DNA of 64,000 nucleotides from Symsagittifera roscoffensis (Eukaryota): NCBI RefSeq assembly GCF_963678635.1, contig NC_087064.1, positions 46,113,437 to 46,177,436 of the forward strand, read 5' to 3'. Shown piece by piece: positions 29,616 to 40,063 of this stretch (position 1 is its first letter; each line of letters starts with the position of its first letter). The notes under the pieces were generated by a model. It saw only the letters and a program-made list of their open reading frames with translations, ran no database searches and was not told where the DNA came from. The position numbers and the translations under genes were made by a program.

Positions 29616-30840
29616 TCAGATCTCTCACCAAACTGTCTCCAATGATCAAATGGCGACTCCCTGGGGGAATTACCTGGTCGTTCGTGGCGGGGTTCCAGCT
29701 CATGTCATTCAGGCAGGCTCGAGGATGCTCGGCTGGCACTTGCGTGAACTGATGACGTGCCATCAGATTCTTCCTGATGTCTACCACGCGAGACTTCTCA
29801 AAGACTCCACCAGGCGCAGAACACGCTATCGTGCGGGTTGTTCGCTCCGAGCTATTTGATGAATGATCACGACGTTGGGAAGGAACGATCCTAACCAGTG
29901 TCCGCTCAGTGCCTCTGTTGATCTCATCCATCGCGGCTCTGGCCACTTGGTTAAATGATTCCTGAAATTGAGGAGCTAGATAGGTGTCAGAAGGGTCTGG
30001 TATCGTGAACCTCTGACTCGAAGCAGACGGTCGTGTCTGCTGAGGAGCCTCGGGCCCCCTTGATGCACGCAAATCCAGAACCTCAGGTCCTCTCGATGCG
30101 CATAGCTCCTGCGCTGTTGTCCTGGGGCGTGTGTCGTTGGATCCCTCCGAGGATCTCATGCTCGCCAGGACTTCCGGTGACACTTGGCTCACCTTCGCCA
30201 TATACAGCTCCTTCAGGTGCTTTATTTCATCCTCCTTATAAGCCACCTGAAGATCTTCGTATTTCTTCTTCCATTCGTCCCTCTCTCGAGCTATTGCCCT
30301 ATACTCCTGGAGTTTGGCACACAGCTCGCTCTGATCTTTCTCCTTCTTTTCCAGCGTCTCGATCGTCTCTGACATCTGGATCTCTATCTCGCTCACTCTC
30401 ACTTTCTTCAAAGGAGGAGCAGCTGTAGGAGAGTCGACCGAATGTGACGGGCCTGGCCCATCACGTTGTCTCTTCGCTCCGATGAGTGGCTGCGCCGGTT
30501 GGACTGGTAAGGGCATCTCACCTAGCCGGTGGTCCCTCTGCTCACCTAGTCCTGGCTCACGAGCCAGGTCGTGGCCAGACATTTCTCCACGCCTCCATCT
30601 CATCACTCGGTTTCGGCCTCTCTCGGCGGTCCCGGACTCACCGAAGGCCAACATCAACACTTCCGTAGGGCGATTCCCTCGACCCTCTCGTCCTAGTGCA
30701 TTAAGGAGCGCGACCACAAACATCGCCAACCCCGGGTCTTCTCGTGTGAAATCACAATCGATCAGCCGCTGATAGATCTCGTCTAGAGTCGCTCCTAGAC
30801 TCGCTGAGAGGAATTCCATGAGTTCGTTCGTGTCACCCAT
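29491..30840 (-). pseudogene. Copy 2 ORF3 N-terminal part: N-domain plus coiled coil plus SGNH block I (HLIIGDSLVRDL) in one frame
   Basis: 449-aa ORF; shows that these modules are ancestrally a single reading frame. Confidence 0.75.
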
Positions 30841-31303
30841 TTCTTATCGTGTTGATTCTTGCTGTCGTGTAGTGTCTTCTTGTGTCGTTTCGATTCAATG
30901 GATTCAATAAACAATTTCTGATCAATCAAGATCTAAAAAACAAGTCGCGACTTAGAACCATCATTTTTGGATACAACATCAATCAATTCTTTAAAATTCT
31001 CCATTGAAATTCTTTTTTCAATTCTGATTTAAAATTTTAGCACCAAGGTGGATCGTCCACCTTTGCCTTTGTCAGAGTAGCACGAATGTGCGCTGTCACC
31101 TTGATGACCTGGAGTGCCCCAGGTCTTTTATGACACAAACATAAAACCTATCATAACAATAGCATAACATAGACACATGAACATCACACATCTGTACTAT
31201 CATATAAAAACATAATCCCTAATAAAAACTTAATCCTAATCTAAACTTAATCCTAATCTCTGTCAAGTTACCTAATAAAAACCACTTATCACCGAGCGCA
31301 ATC

Positions 31304-32101
31304 CTAGCATATACTCAGATAGTATTTTTTATGTAAGTAGACTTCTATGTCAGTCTCTGAAAATATCACATGCACAAGAGCGTACAACTCTCTCGGGTGT
31401 AGCTTCCCTCTATTGGGATCATAAACTGGTAACGAGAGAGAGGTCACACCTCTCTCAACCAGGAAATCCCTGAGTCGAGTCAAGGCCAATACCAAGCTCT
31501 CCGGATTCACGTGTTGCCTATCAGTAGCTTTCGTAACCAAAAAACACAAATATTTCCCTGGTATCTGTGATGCAAAAGGGGGCAACGCTATCATTCCTCC
31601 TACACCAGGCCTCTGTTTCCACAAAAACTCTATATTCTTGTACTCTCTTTTAAAGTCAGCTGCTAGTGCTGTTTTGAAGCTCACATCCGCCGTTATCGCT
31701 ATGGCGCACGTGCGTTCCGTGAGTATGAAATCGCTGTCCGTTATGACGATATTGTTCGAATAATGGTTCGGTAGATCAAAATACGATTCAAAGATTCGTC
31801 CAAAAGGTGGTTTCTTAGCATTCTCGCCCTCTGTCTCTAGTTCTCCGGTTTCTCTTGCCGATTTCAATTTTTTTATTATGAGGTTTTCGGTGTGGGTGAG
31901 TCCTACCCCCACTCCCCGGACAAAAATATCCATCGACGTCCCCGTCGATCGCCCAAAGTCTAGGAGACCGAGGTTGGATTGTGGAACACGTAGAGGACCA
32001 TCTGGGGCGACCCAGTTGGACTCGGTATTGTCATGACTGATGTATTTGACGCCGTCTCTATCGACGTCCTGAATCGTCAGGATCGTCTCTTTTGGAGCCA
32101 T
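31304..32101 (-). pseudogene. Copy 2 post-integrase C-terminal domain
   Basis: About 75% identical to the copy 1 equivalent (GVGVGLTHTENL..., PVYDPNRGKL...YLHKKYYLSI). Confidence 0.7.
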
Positions 32102-32210
32102 TCGAGCACGCGCAAGTTTGTTAGTTCTTGCTCATGAGTCTGTTCCGCTTCTGGTTCGAACTCCACTTCCGGTTCTGATCGATCGTCGATCCAATCTCGA
32201 TCCATATCGT

Positions 32211-35011
32211 TCACAAGGTCGATTTCTTCTTCATCGCCACTTCGTCCAGTCCCACCAGCGAGTCTATGACGTCACTCACTACTATCCTGTCTACAACGAA
32301 GTCCTCGCCATACGGATTGTATTTCTTCTGGTTTTTTCCTCTCTTGCTTTGGCGTTTTTCCATAGTGAGAGGAAAGTCAGGCTTTATTCCTTTGTCAATT
32401 TCGGTTGGTTCCGGGCAATCCCAGTCTTCTTCGGCATAGGGTAGAGTTTCATCGTCCACCTCTACTCGCTCAGTCAACTCGAGATCCAGTGGTAGATCGC
32501 AATCGTCCACCACCTCATTCCCGTCGTTCTTGTCGCGAGTACCCCTTTCATTCACTTCACAAGCAGGATCCACTATTAAATAATCTCCCTCTTGCATGTC
32601 CGCTGGGATGCACCAATCCTCTGACGAGGCATTGTGTGGTTTGATGTTCTCGTAATGAGACGCTCTTCCAGTGCTCAGTCGATAAAAACGACCTCCTTGG
32701 TGCACCTCTGTTATCTGAAATGGACCACGCCATTTCTTTAATAGTTTCTTGGTTCCTTTTGGTGGAACCACTTCCTGGAACACCCAGACGTAATCGCCAA
32801 CTGAGTAGGCTTTTGCATCGGCTGTCCTTTTATCAAACCTCCTTTTTTGTCTAATTTGCGCCTGTTGCGTGTTCCTCCTGCATAAGTCATTGAGGTCCTG
32901 TTGTCTTCTAATAACGTCCCGCACGTACGTTTGCGGTGCTGTCCTCTTCCCTTCATATTCAGGGGTTAGAAGAACGTTAACGGGAGTGCTTTTTCGTGAC
33001 CCGTCAGCATCATATGCGGACTTATTCCCGTGGTGGAATGCTCCGTGCTGTTGTAAGCACCCATCACTTGCGGCAAGTGCTTGTCCCAGTCATCCATGTA
33101 GCGTGAGCAGTAGACTCTCAACATGGATACCAGTGTGCGATTCTGCCTCTCGACTAGGCCATTCGTTTGCGGGTGATAAGTGGTCGAGTGGGCCTGCGCT
33201 ACCTGCGACCTTTTCATTAACTCTTTCGTGAGATCACCTACGAATGCTTTGCCATTGTCCGATTGGAACGTGATGGGGCAGCCATGCCTTGCTATCCACA
33301 CATTTATCAAATGATCGCATGTTTCTTCTGCCGATGCTGTTATGCACGGTGCTGCCTCCACATACTTCGTAAAATGGTCGATCATTACCAGCACCTGATT
33401 ATAGCCCGTTGCTGTCATACAGATTTTCTGATGATCAATTTGCACCACTTCGTTGAAACCTGACGACTCTATTGACTGTAGGGGGAACCTTAGCTTCCTG
33501 GGATCCTTCGCTTGCTGACATGACAGGCATGCTGCGATCCACTTCTCACAAGCCTTCTTCAATCCCGGCCATTCAAATCGTTTCTGTATCCTGTTATACA
33601 CTTTGTCCACGCCTTGATGACCCATCTGATCATGTGAACGAAAGAGCAATTCGGTCTGGTACAACTGTGGTAGCACTATTGAATTGTATTTATAAAGGAC
33701 CTTGTCCTCCTCCTTGCGCTTACAGGCTACTATTCCGTCCTTATTCAGGTACAACAAATCGTTTCGCTTCAGGTAAAATTGCTTCAGGATTTTGTAGCTG
33801 TCTTCTTCCAAGTCTCCCTTGTCAGGTGCTCCATTCTCAATCCATCTCTTGAGACTGCTCGTCATCCTATCATTTCGTTGAGCCCTTAGGAGATCCGACA
33901 GCTTGTACCTGGCTTTCAAATACGTCTTCACCACGTTCATTTGCCCACTCATTATCTCCGGAGCATGAGCATCGTCCATCAACTTGACACACCATATCTT
34001 TTTCAAAGGCGTCGCTTCCTGCACAGATGGTTCCAGATTGGTACAGACGACCGTACCATGTGGCAGCAATCTGGTTGGGCGCTTCGAAACTGCTATCAGC
34101 TCGAGCTCGTCTGCGGCATTATCTACCACAGTGCCCTCTTCATCTGAGGTGTATCTGTCCCTGTCTGGGTCCTGATGTGTTTCTCGGTCCAGCCCACGCT
34201 GCTTCCAGTCTACCAATAAGGAGTGGATTGCGATCTCTGAAATATTGGAGTTGGAAGCTGTTTCAGACGTGTTGTCCCAGGACTGGGGTCTCGAGTCAAC
34301 TCTTGAGTCGACTGATTCCTCAACATCATATTCCAAGTTGTCTGAGATGTTTCTTGACTCCCCGGACAAAACTCTGTCCATCGGTTGCTTTGAACCCGAC
34401 TCCCCGGACAAAATTCTGCCCCTAGGTGGTCTAGTCAACCTCTCCCCGGACAAGTCGTCCTGAACGGGCTCAAAGGTGTCTGACTCCTCAGAGGAGACGT
34501 CCTTGACTGGCTCGAAGGTGTCAGACTCCCCGGACATTGTCTCGTCCACGGACGAACAATCTGGGCTTGGCTCGTATTCCTCTTTTGCATCCGTGAAGTG
34601 CACTCTCCTCGTGAAGCTAGATTTCGATCTGATCCTGACTTCCTCAGTAGTTTGGTTCTGGTTCAATGTTCCATATTCAGTGAACGAAGTTCTCAACAAG
34701 ACTTCTTTCGGCATCGAGGTCACCAGCTGGTTGACGATCGACCTGCAATCCCGTTCAACGCCTCGGCTGCGAATGGACACTGGCCTCTTCTCTGTTCTCT
34801 CGGTGACAGTCAAGCGCTGCATGGTCTCCATCCATTCACGATCATGCCTATCCACTTCCCTGTCCAACAAGTCACGGAGTTTTCCCATGACGTCCGGCGC
34901 CACGTTCACCGTCCTGTTCAATAGAGCCACACTGTTTATACCCAGCCTGGTTAGTTCTTGCTGTACCAAGTTGGATCGGACTAGCAGCTTTATCTCCGCG
35001 GCCGTCTCCAC
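32211..35011 (-). pseudogene. Copy 2 integrase region (two ORF pieces, 32966-35011 and 32211-32924, separated by a frameshift)
   Basis: HHCC and DDE motifs (HFTKYVEAAPC..., QSDNGKAF..., HPQTNGLVER). Confidence 0.75.
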
Positions 35012-35149
35012 TGGAAGGTCAGGGTGTCCAGGTATAGGATGTCCTGATTTGTCTAACCACCTAGTGGCAGCTTGTCGTAGGTTTCTTTGTCCAGAAAGGA
35101 AAACCCGTCTTTGATCTCTGATTGGTTAGCTTGCTTCTCCTCGAGGCGC

Positions 35150-37689
35150 TCACAAAAATTCTGTCTTTTTACTGAGGCTATCTGCGTTCTGGTGCTTGTC
35201 ACGGGTACGGTGCTCTATGATCATGTGGTATCCATCCAGGCGCACAATCCAACGACCAATATAGCTTTGGTCCATCGAATAGGTTTTCAGCCAGGCAAGG
35301 GCACGATTATCCACACGTAACTTGAAGGGAGCACTCCCCAAGTAGGCCCTGTATTTTTCCACGAAAGTGATCACCGCAAACATCTCCGCTTTTGGTGCGC
35401 CGTACTTCATTTCAGTATCACTCAGGACTTTACTCCCGTAGGCTATCGGACGAAGAACCGTTCTCCCGTTCCACTCCTGCTCCTGGTGAAGTATGCCCGA
35501 TATCGCAACCACTGATGCATCCGTGTCCAGCACGAACATTCCCTTCTCCGTTGGCATGCCGAGGACCGGTGCCTCGCAAAGTTCACGTTTGATATTTTCA
35601 AATGAGACTTGTGCCTCATCAGTCCAGGTGAACTTTTTGCCCTTGTTTCTCATCAACCTCTGCATGGGGTATATTTTATCAGCATACCCCATGATGAACT
35701 CTCGATAATAATTTGCGAATCCCAGAAAACTCATCAGCTGTGTGTCTGTTTTAGGTGCCTTCCAGGTCAGCACCGCTTCAACCGCTTCGGGATCTGGTCT
35801 CACTCCATGTTTGTCAACCAGGCGGCCCAGATACTTTATGGAATCCCTGAGGATTTCACACTTAGAGGGTTTGCATTTCAGACCCGCCTGCTTCATGCAA
35901 GAAAACACCTCCTCCAACCTCTCTATGTGGTCTTCTAAGTTTGGTGTTGCAATCACGACATCATCGACATAACACATGATGAGATTCCCATATTTCTTAG
36001 TGACGCTCGTGAGTGCCTGGGCCATCAGTCGCTGGAATGTGGCCGTCGCGTTGCACAATCCGAATGGCATCCTCTTCCACTGGAACAGTCCCAGCTCACA
36101 CGCGAAACCTGTTTTCTCTCGATCTTGCTTTCTGAGTGGCACTTGCCAGAATGCGGAGCCCAAATCCAATGTCGTGAAGAACTTAGCGTCTCCCAGCTTG
36201 GATAGGCTCTCATCGATGCGGGGAATCGGGTATGCGTCCTTTATAGTCACTGCGTTCAGATAACGGAAATCACAACAAAATCTGAGTTGGCCCCATTCTT
36301 TTTCGCCATGACCACGCCACAAGCCCATGGGGACTTCGACGGCTCGATCATGTCGTACTCCATTAACATCTCGATTTCCTTCCTACACGCTTCTGACTTG
36401 TTTGGGGTCATTCTTCTCGCCCCTTCCCTATGAGGTACCGAGCCCTCTTCTATCTCAATCTCGTGCTCTACAAAATTGCAACAACCTATGTCGGCCTTAT
36501 GTTTCGAAAAAACGTCTGCGTTCCAATTTAGCACCGCCCTGAGCGAATCTAGTTCCTTGTCTGATATTTTACCCTTCAGATGTTCTATCTCAGGTAGGAC
36601 AGGCTTATTCGCTGCTAACTCTGCCTCCGTCGGCCTCCCAGGAAAGTTGGAACAACTAGACAGCCCATCATCTGTTTCCGACTTCATTGAAAACAATTTC
36701 CTAGAAGACTTCAATTCATTTACTCTTTTCATTATACATTCTTGGTTCGCATGCAATGGACATTTAGTGACATCAAACTTCTTCAAGTTCTCCACACTCA
36801 GAAAGTCTGTGTTCAGAGGCAAAGCGTAGCCAAGTTTCTTTCCCCTCTGTATTGTCACTGTTGTTGCTTCTGTGTTCAATAACACACTCACACACAGTCT
36901 GCTCTGAGTGAGTGAGAAGCTTCTTCCTAAAATAGCCGAGCTTTTACTGTTTGGATTTGGTACCAGACACACCTGTCTGTCATTGCTGAGTTCATTCAAG
37001 TTCCTCATCCTAAACGTCGCTACTACGGCTTGGTTCGGTTTTAATCTAACTTTTCGATCCAGAAAAATCGGCACCTTGGCCTGATTAATTAAGATCTTAT
37101 TAAGGGGTCTTTTCTCATACTTTCTCTCAGGATCCTTGATCCTAATCAATCCGTCATTGAGATCGATCCTGACGTCAAAGTTGCGAACGAAATCCCTTCC
37201 TAGGATGAACTGGTCGGATTCGTCCAAATTCTCTACTACTAGGAAGCTCATCCAAAGATGTCTTCCTCCGAGCTGCAGTGAGATGATCGGGGTTCGTCCG
37301 GCGACATAGATCGCTCCCTGATAGGCAGCTGCCAACCTGATGTTTGTCGGTATGAGATCCGACCTTTCGAAACCCATGTCGGTCCAAGTTTTGACTGGCA
37401 TGACACTAACCACTGCTCCCGTGTCTAGCAGTCCCTTTACTGAAAGTTGTCTGCCTTGCACGTCCAGAACGTGTGCGGCCAGATCGGCCTCGCAACCAAT
37501 ATGCACCGCATCTTGTTCGAGCATCGCGTTGTGTCCGATTCGTCTGACCTTCAGCTCCTCTTGACCAATGTATATCCGGCCAACCTGATCGTTCGCATCA
37601 GTTATGTGAGCTTTCGTGTAGATATTGATGCCATCCACATTCATCAGGATCGGGTAAGGGCCATGGACATCGATATAATGTCCGTCCAC
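35150..37689 (-). pseudogene. Copy 2 protease (LLDTGAVVSVMP) and RT (CYVDDVVIA)/RNase H (two overlapping frameshifted ORFs). No gag is present upstream
   Basis: The ORF at 37689 begins at a point equivalent to about residue 610 of the copy 1 gag-pol ORF; the leader starts immediately at 37690. Confidence 0.75.
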
Positions 37690-38620
37690 TTTCAGGTGTC
37701 CGGGGTGTCGGGTTTGGTCGAAAATTGGTAATTTTCGACAAAAAATGGGTGTTTCTTGGGTCTAAATAGGAGATAAGTAATATATAATAAGGATAATAAT
37801 CTATTAATAGTCGTTAATGAATAGTACTATACCCTCCTTTGCACCAAAATATCCGAATTAAGACCCTTAACTCGGAAATTTGTAATCGATGGAGGGTACA
37901 ATCGGACCGCGCCAATCGTGCCCCCCACCACTCAAGTTTTAATGAAATAGTACCCGAACGATACTAAAATTGCTTCAACGATACCCAACAGTCGTTGCGG
38001 ATGTTGTCCTTGATGTCCCTGTTGAGTGTGGAACACGTTAATCAGCTTGCCACTCTACCCTCCGGCCACCGGCAAAATCAGCATTAACGTGCTTAAACAC
38101 TCAAATTACACTCGAGGGAGGGTATCCAACCCTTCGCCAAAACACACAATCTTTCTATCAGAAACGATATAAATCAATCTGAAACAACAACAAGAAGGAA
38201 GGTCAGATCACATCTCGTCCGGAAAAAACATATAAACTGTCACTTTACGTTTTTTACTGTTTTTGGTCTTTCTTGGATTTTTTACTGTTTTTTGTACTTT
38301 TTTGTTTTCAAATAAATTTATTTTTTGCTTTTTCTTGGTTATACACTATTTTTGTTTGGTTTTACGCTTTCTCTTTAATTGTTTTTGGTCCTGGGACCTC
38401 AGGACAAGCGGGCTCTAGATTTCCCACCTAACCCTCCGGCCCCCGGAATTTTCGGTGTTAACTAAGTTAAAAAACTAAATTGCACTAGACGGAGGGTACG
38501 CACCTTCCCCCTAGTACAATAACGGTCATTAAGGCCTCTAACTCGGGCATACGCTCGGAGCGGAGGGTACGTCGCTGAAACGATTGCTGATCATGATGGT
38601 TTCATGCCTTTAACAGGCCC

Positions 38621-38634
38621 ACCCAGGAGCGCCA
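38621..38634 (-). promoter_or_regulatory. PBS candidate of copy 2
   Basis: acccaggagcgcca on + strand, 12 nt from the LTR start at 38647. Confidence 0.5.
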
Positions 38635-38646
38635 TAAAAACGTCTA

Positions 38647-39529
38647 TGTAACATTCGCCCAAATATCACACAGCGACGGAGCGTAGAAAAAGTACCTATT
38701 AACGACTGGCAGGCGTCAGTTACCTTAATCCTACTCGTTTTTCACCGTCTCGACCTTGCCAGTTGATTTTCTGGTCTGTTTAGGGCAAGGTAAAAAGTTA
38801 CCATTTTTAGGCCATCAGTCAAACGACTTTTGATCAGCTTTCGTTTACATGCGAACACAACCACATAGCTGAGTCTCGGATCCTCAGACTACATGATTGT
38901 CATTAAAAACACGGCTCGAACAACCTATTTTTATATGTTTTTATGTGACAGTTCTATATTAAATCCATTGGAGATGGATTGACCCTTTCCCTTTCTTAGC
39001 TACTCATGCTCTGAAATATTAAATAATAACGGTGTTAATTAAGATCTATGACATTATAGCAGCTATATAGTCAGTCTATATAGTCCCTTCACATAGACAG
39101 TCTCTGGGGGACCAAGCCTCCGTTCCCGTAATATTCTTGAGATAACACTCTTATCTCTTATAATTCGTGTCCCGGGAGGGTCCCGTGGTATATTTCTTCC
39201 CCCACTGAAGCCTCCTTCTCCACAAATATCCGTCGCCAAGGTTCTTATCGTGTGTTATTGCCACGATAAGAGGCTTCGTAATTTTCTGTCTCTGGTACGA
39301 CTGTTTTTCACAATATTTGGCGTCGTTCTTCTTTTTCGTCACATTTTCAGTCAAAATGGCCGCTTTTTTCTATTTCTCAGAAATGTTCACTCTTCAATCG
39401 AAATTTTAAAATTAAAAATTCTAGAACATTCTGACCCTCCCTCACAACACTTTTTCGTTCATAAGGCCTTTAGCCGTCCTTTTTTACGTCGCCGGAAGGT
39501 TGTGCTGTGTCATCTGGCAGAATGGCACA
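38647..39529 (-). repeat. Copy 2 5' LTR (883 bp; TGTAACATTCGCCCAAAT...GAATGGCACA)
   Basis: Direct repeat of 4371-4856 plus 27510-27906. Confidence 0.8.
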
Positions 39530-39532
39530 GCC

Positions 39533-40063
39533 GTTGTAGCTGCTGAAACCACCACCCGGATAAATCAAGCTCAAACCACTCAACATGCTGCCAGATCTAA
39601 CTCTGATCACAACATAAATCAAAGTTTTAGGATACAAGGGGTCAAAGAGGACCCTGAGAAAAGAAAAGGAGAAAACCTTGTCCCAACAAATGACGAAGTA
39701 AACGAAATACTAGACATAATTGGAGTGAAGCCGAAAATAATAGAACTAAAACGACTGGGAAAATTTGATCGTAATCGAATGAAGCCAAGAACACTGCTGG
39801 TAACTGTACCTAGTGAACATGAAGCACGACTAGTACTAGCAAAAAGCCGAGAAAAGCGAGATCAATTGGTCGAAAAAGAGGTCTACCTGCTACCAGCATT
39901 GACCAAAGAGAGTGCAATTAAAGAGAACGAAATCCTTAAGAAACGAAGACAACTACTAGATGAAGGCGTTCCTCGCGAAAAGCTGAAAATAAGGAATCTA
40001 GAATTGTTCAATGATGGTGTGAAAGTAACTATTGACACTGAAGTTCAGGAACCCCAGCATTGA
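39533..40063 (+). CDS. LINE-B ORF1, 3' part (basic, RRM-like CR1-type ORF1 C-terminus), ending at a TGA at 40061-40063
   Basis: In phase with 4005-4370. The reconstructed ORF1 is about 299 aa, with the PHD finger N-terminal. Confidence 0.7.
   Translation, partial: VVAAETTTRINQAQTTQHAARSNSDHNINQSFRIQGVKEDPEKRKGENLVPTNDEVNEILDIIGVKPKIIELKRLGKFDRNRMKPRTLLVTVPSEHEARLVLAKSREKRDQLVEKEVYLLPALTKESAIKENEILKKRRQLLDEGVPREKLKIRNLELFNDGVKVTIDTEVQEPQH

Larger units (their letters stand above)
4371..39529 (-). mobile_element. LTR retrotransposon copy 2: Ty3/Gypsy-like, gag-less, ORF3 internally deleted. 12.5 kb of its own sequence plus the nested 22.65-kb copy 1
   Basis: 883-bp direct repeats of about 99% identity: 4371-4856 plus 27510-27906 (split by copy 1) versus 38647-39529, both TGTAAC...GGCACA. 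PBS-like TGGCGCTCCTGGGTG lies internal to the 5' LTR and the PPT-like tactccccggac internal to the 3' LTR. Internal minus-strand ORFs encode PR, RT (YVDD), RNase H, IN and ORF3 remnants. Confidence 0.8.
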
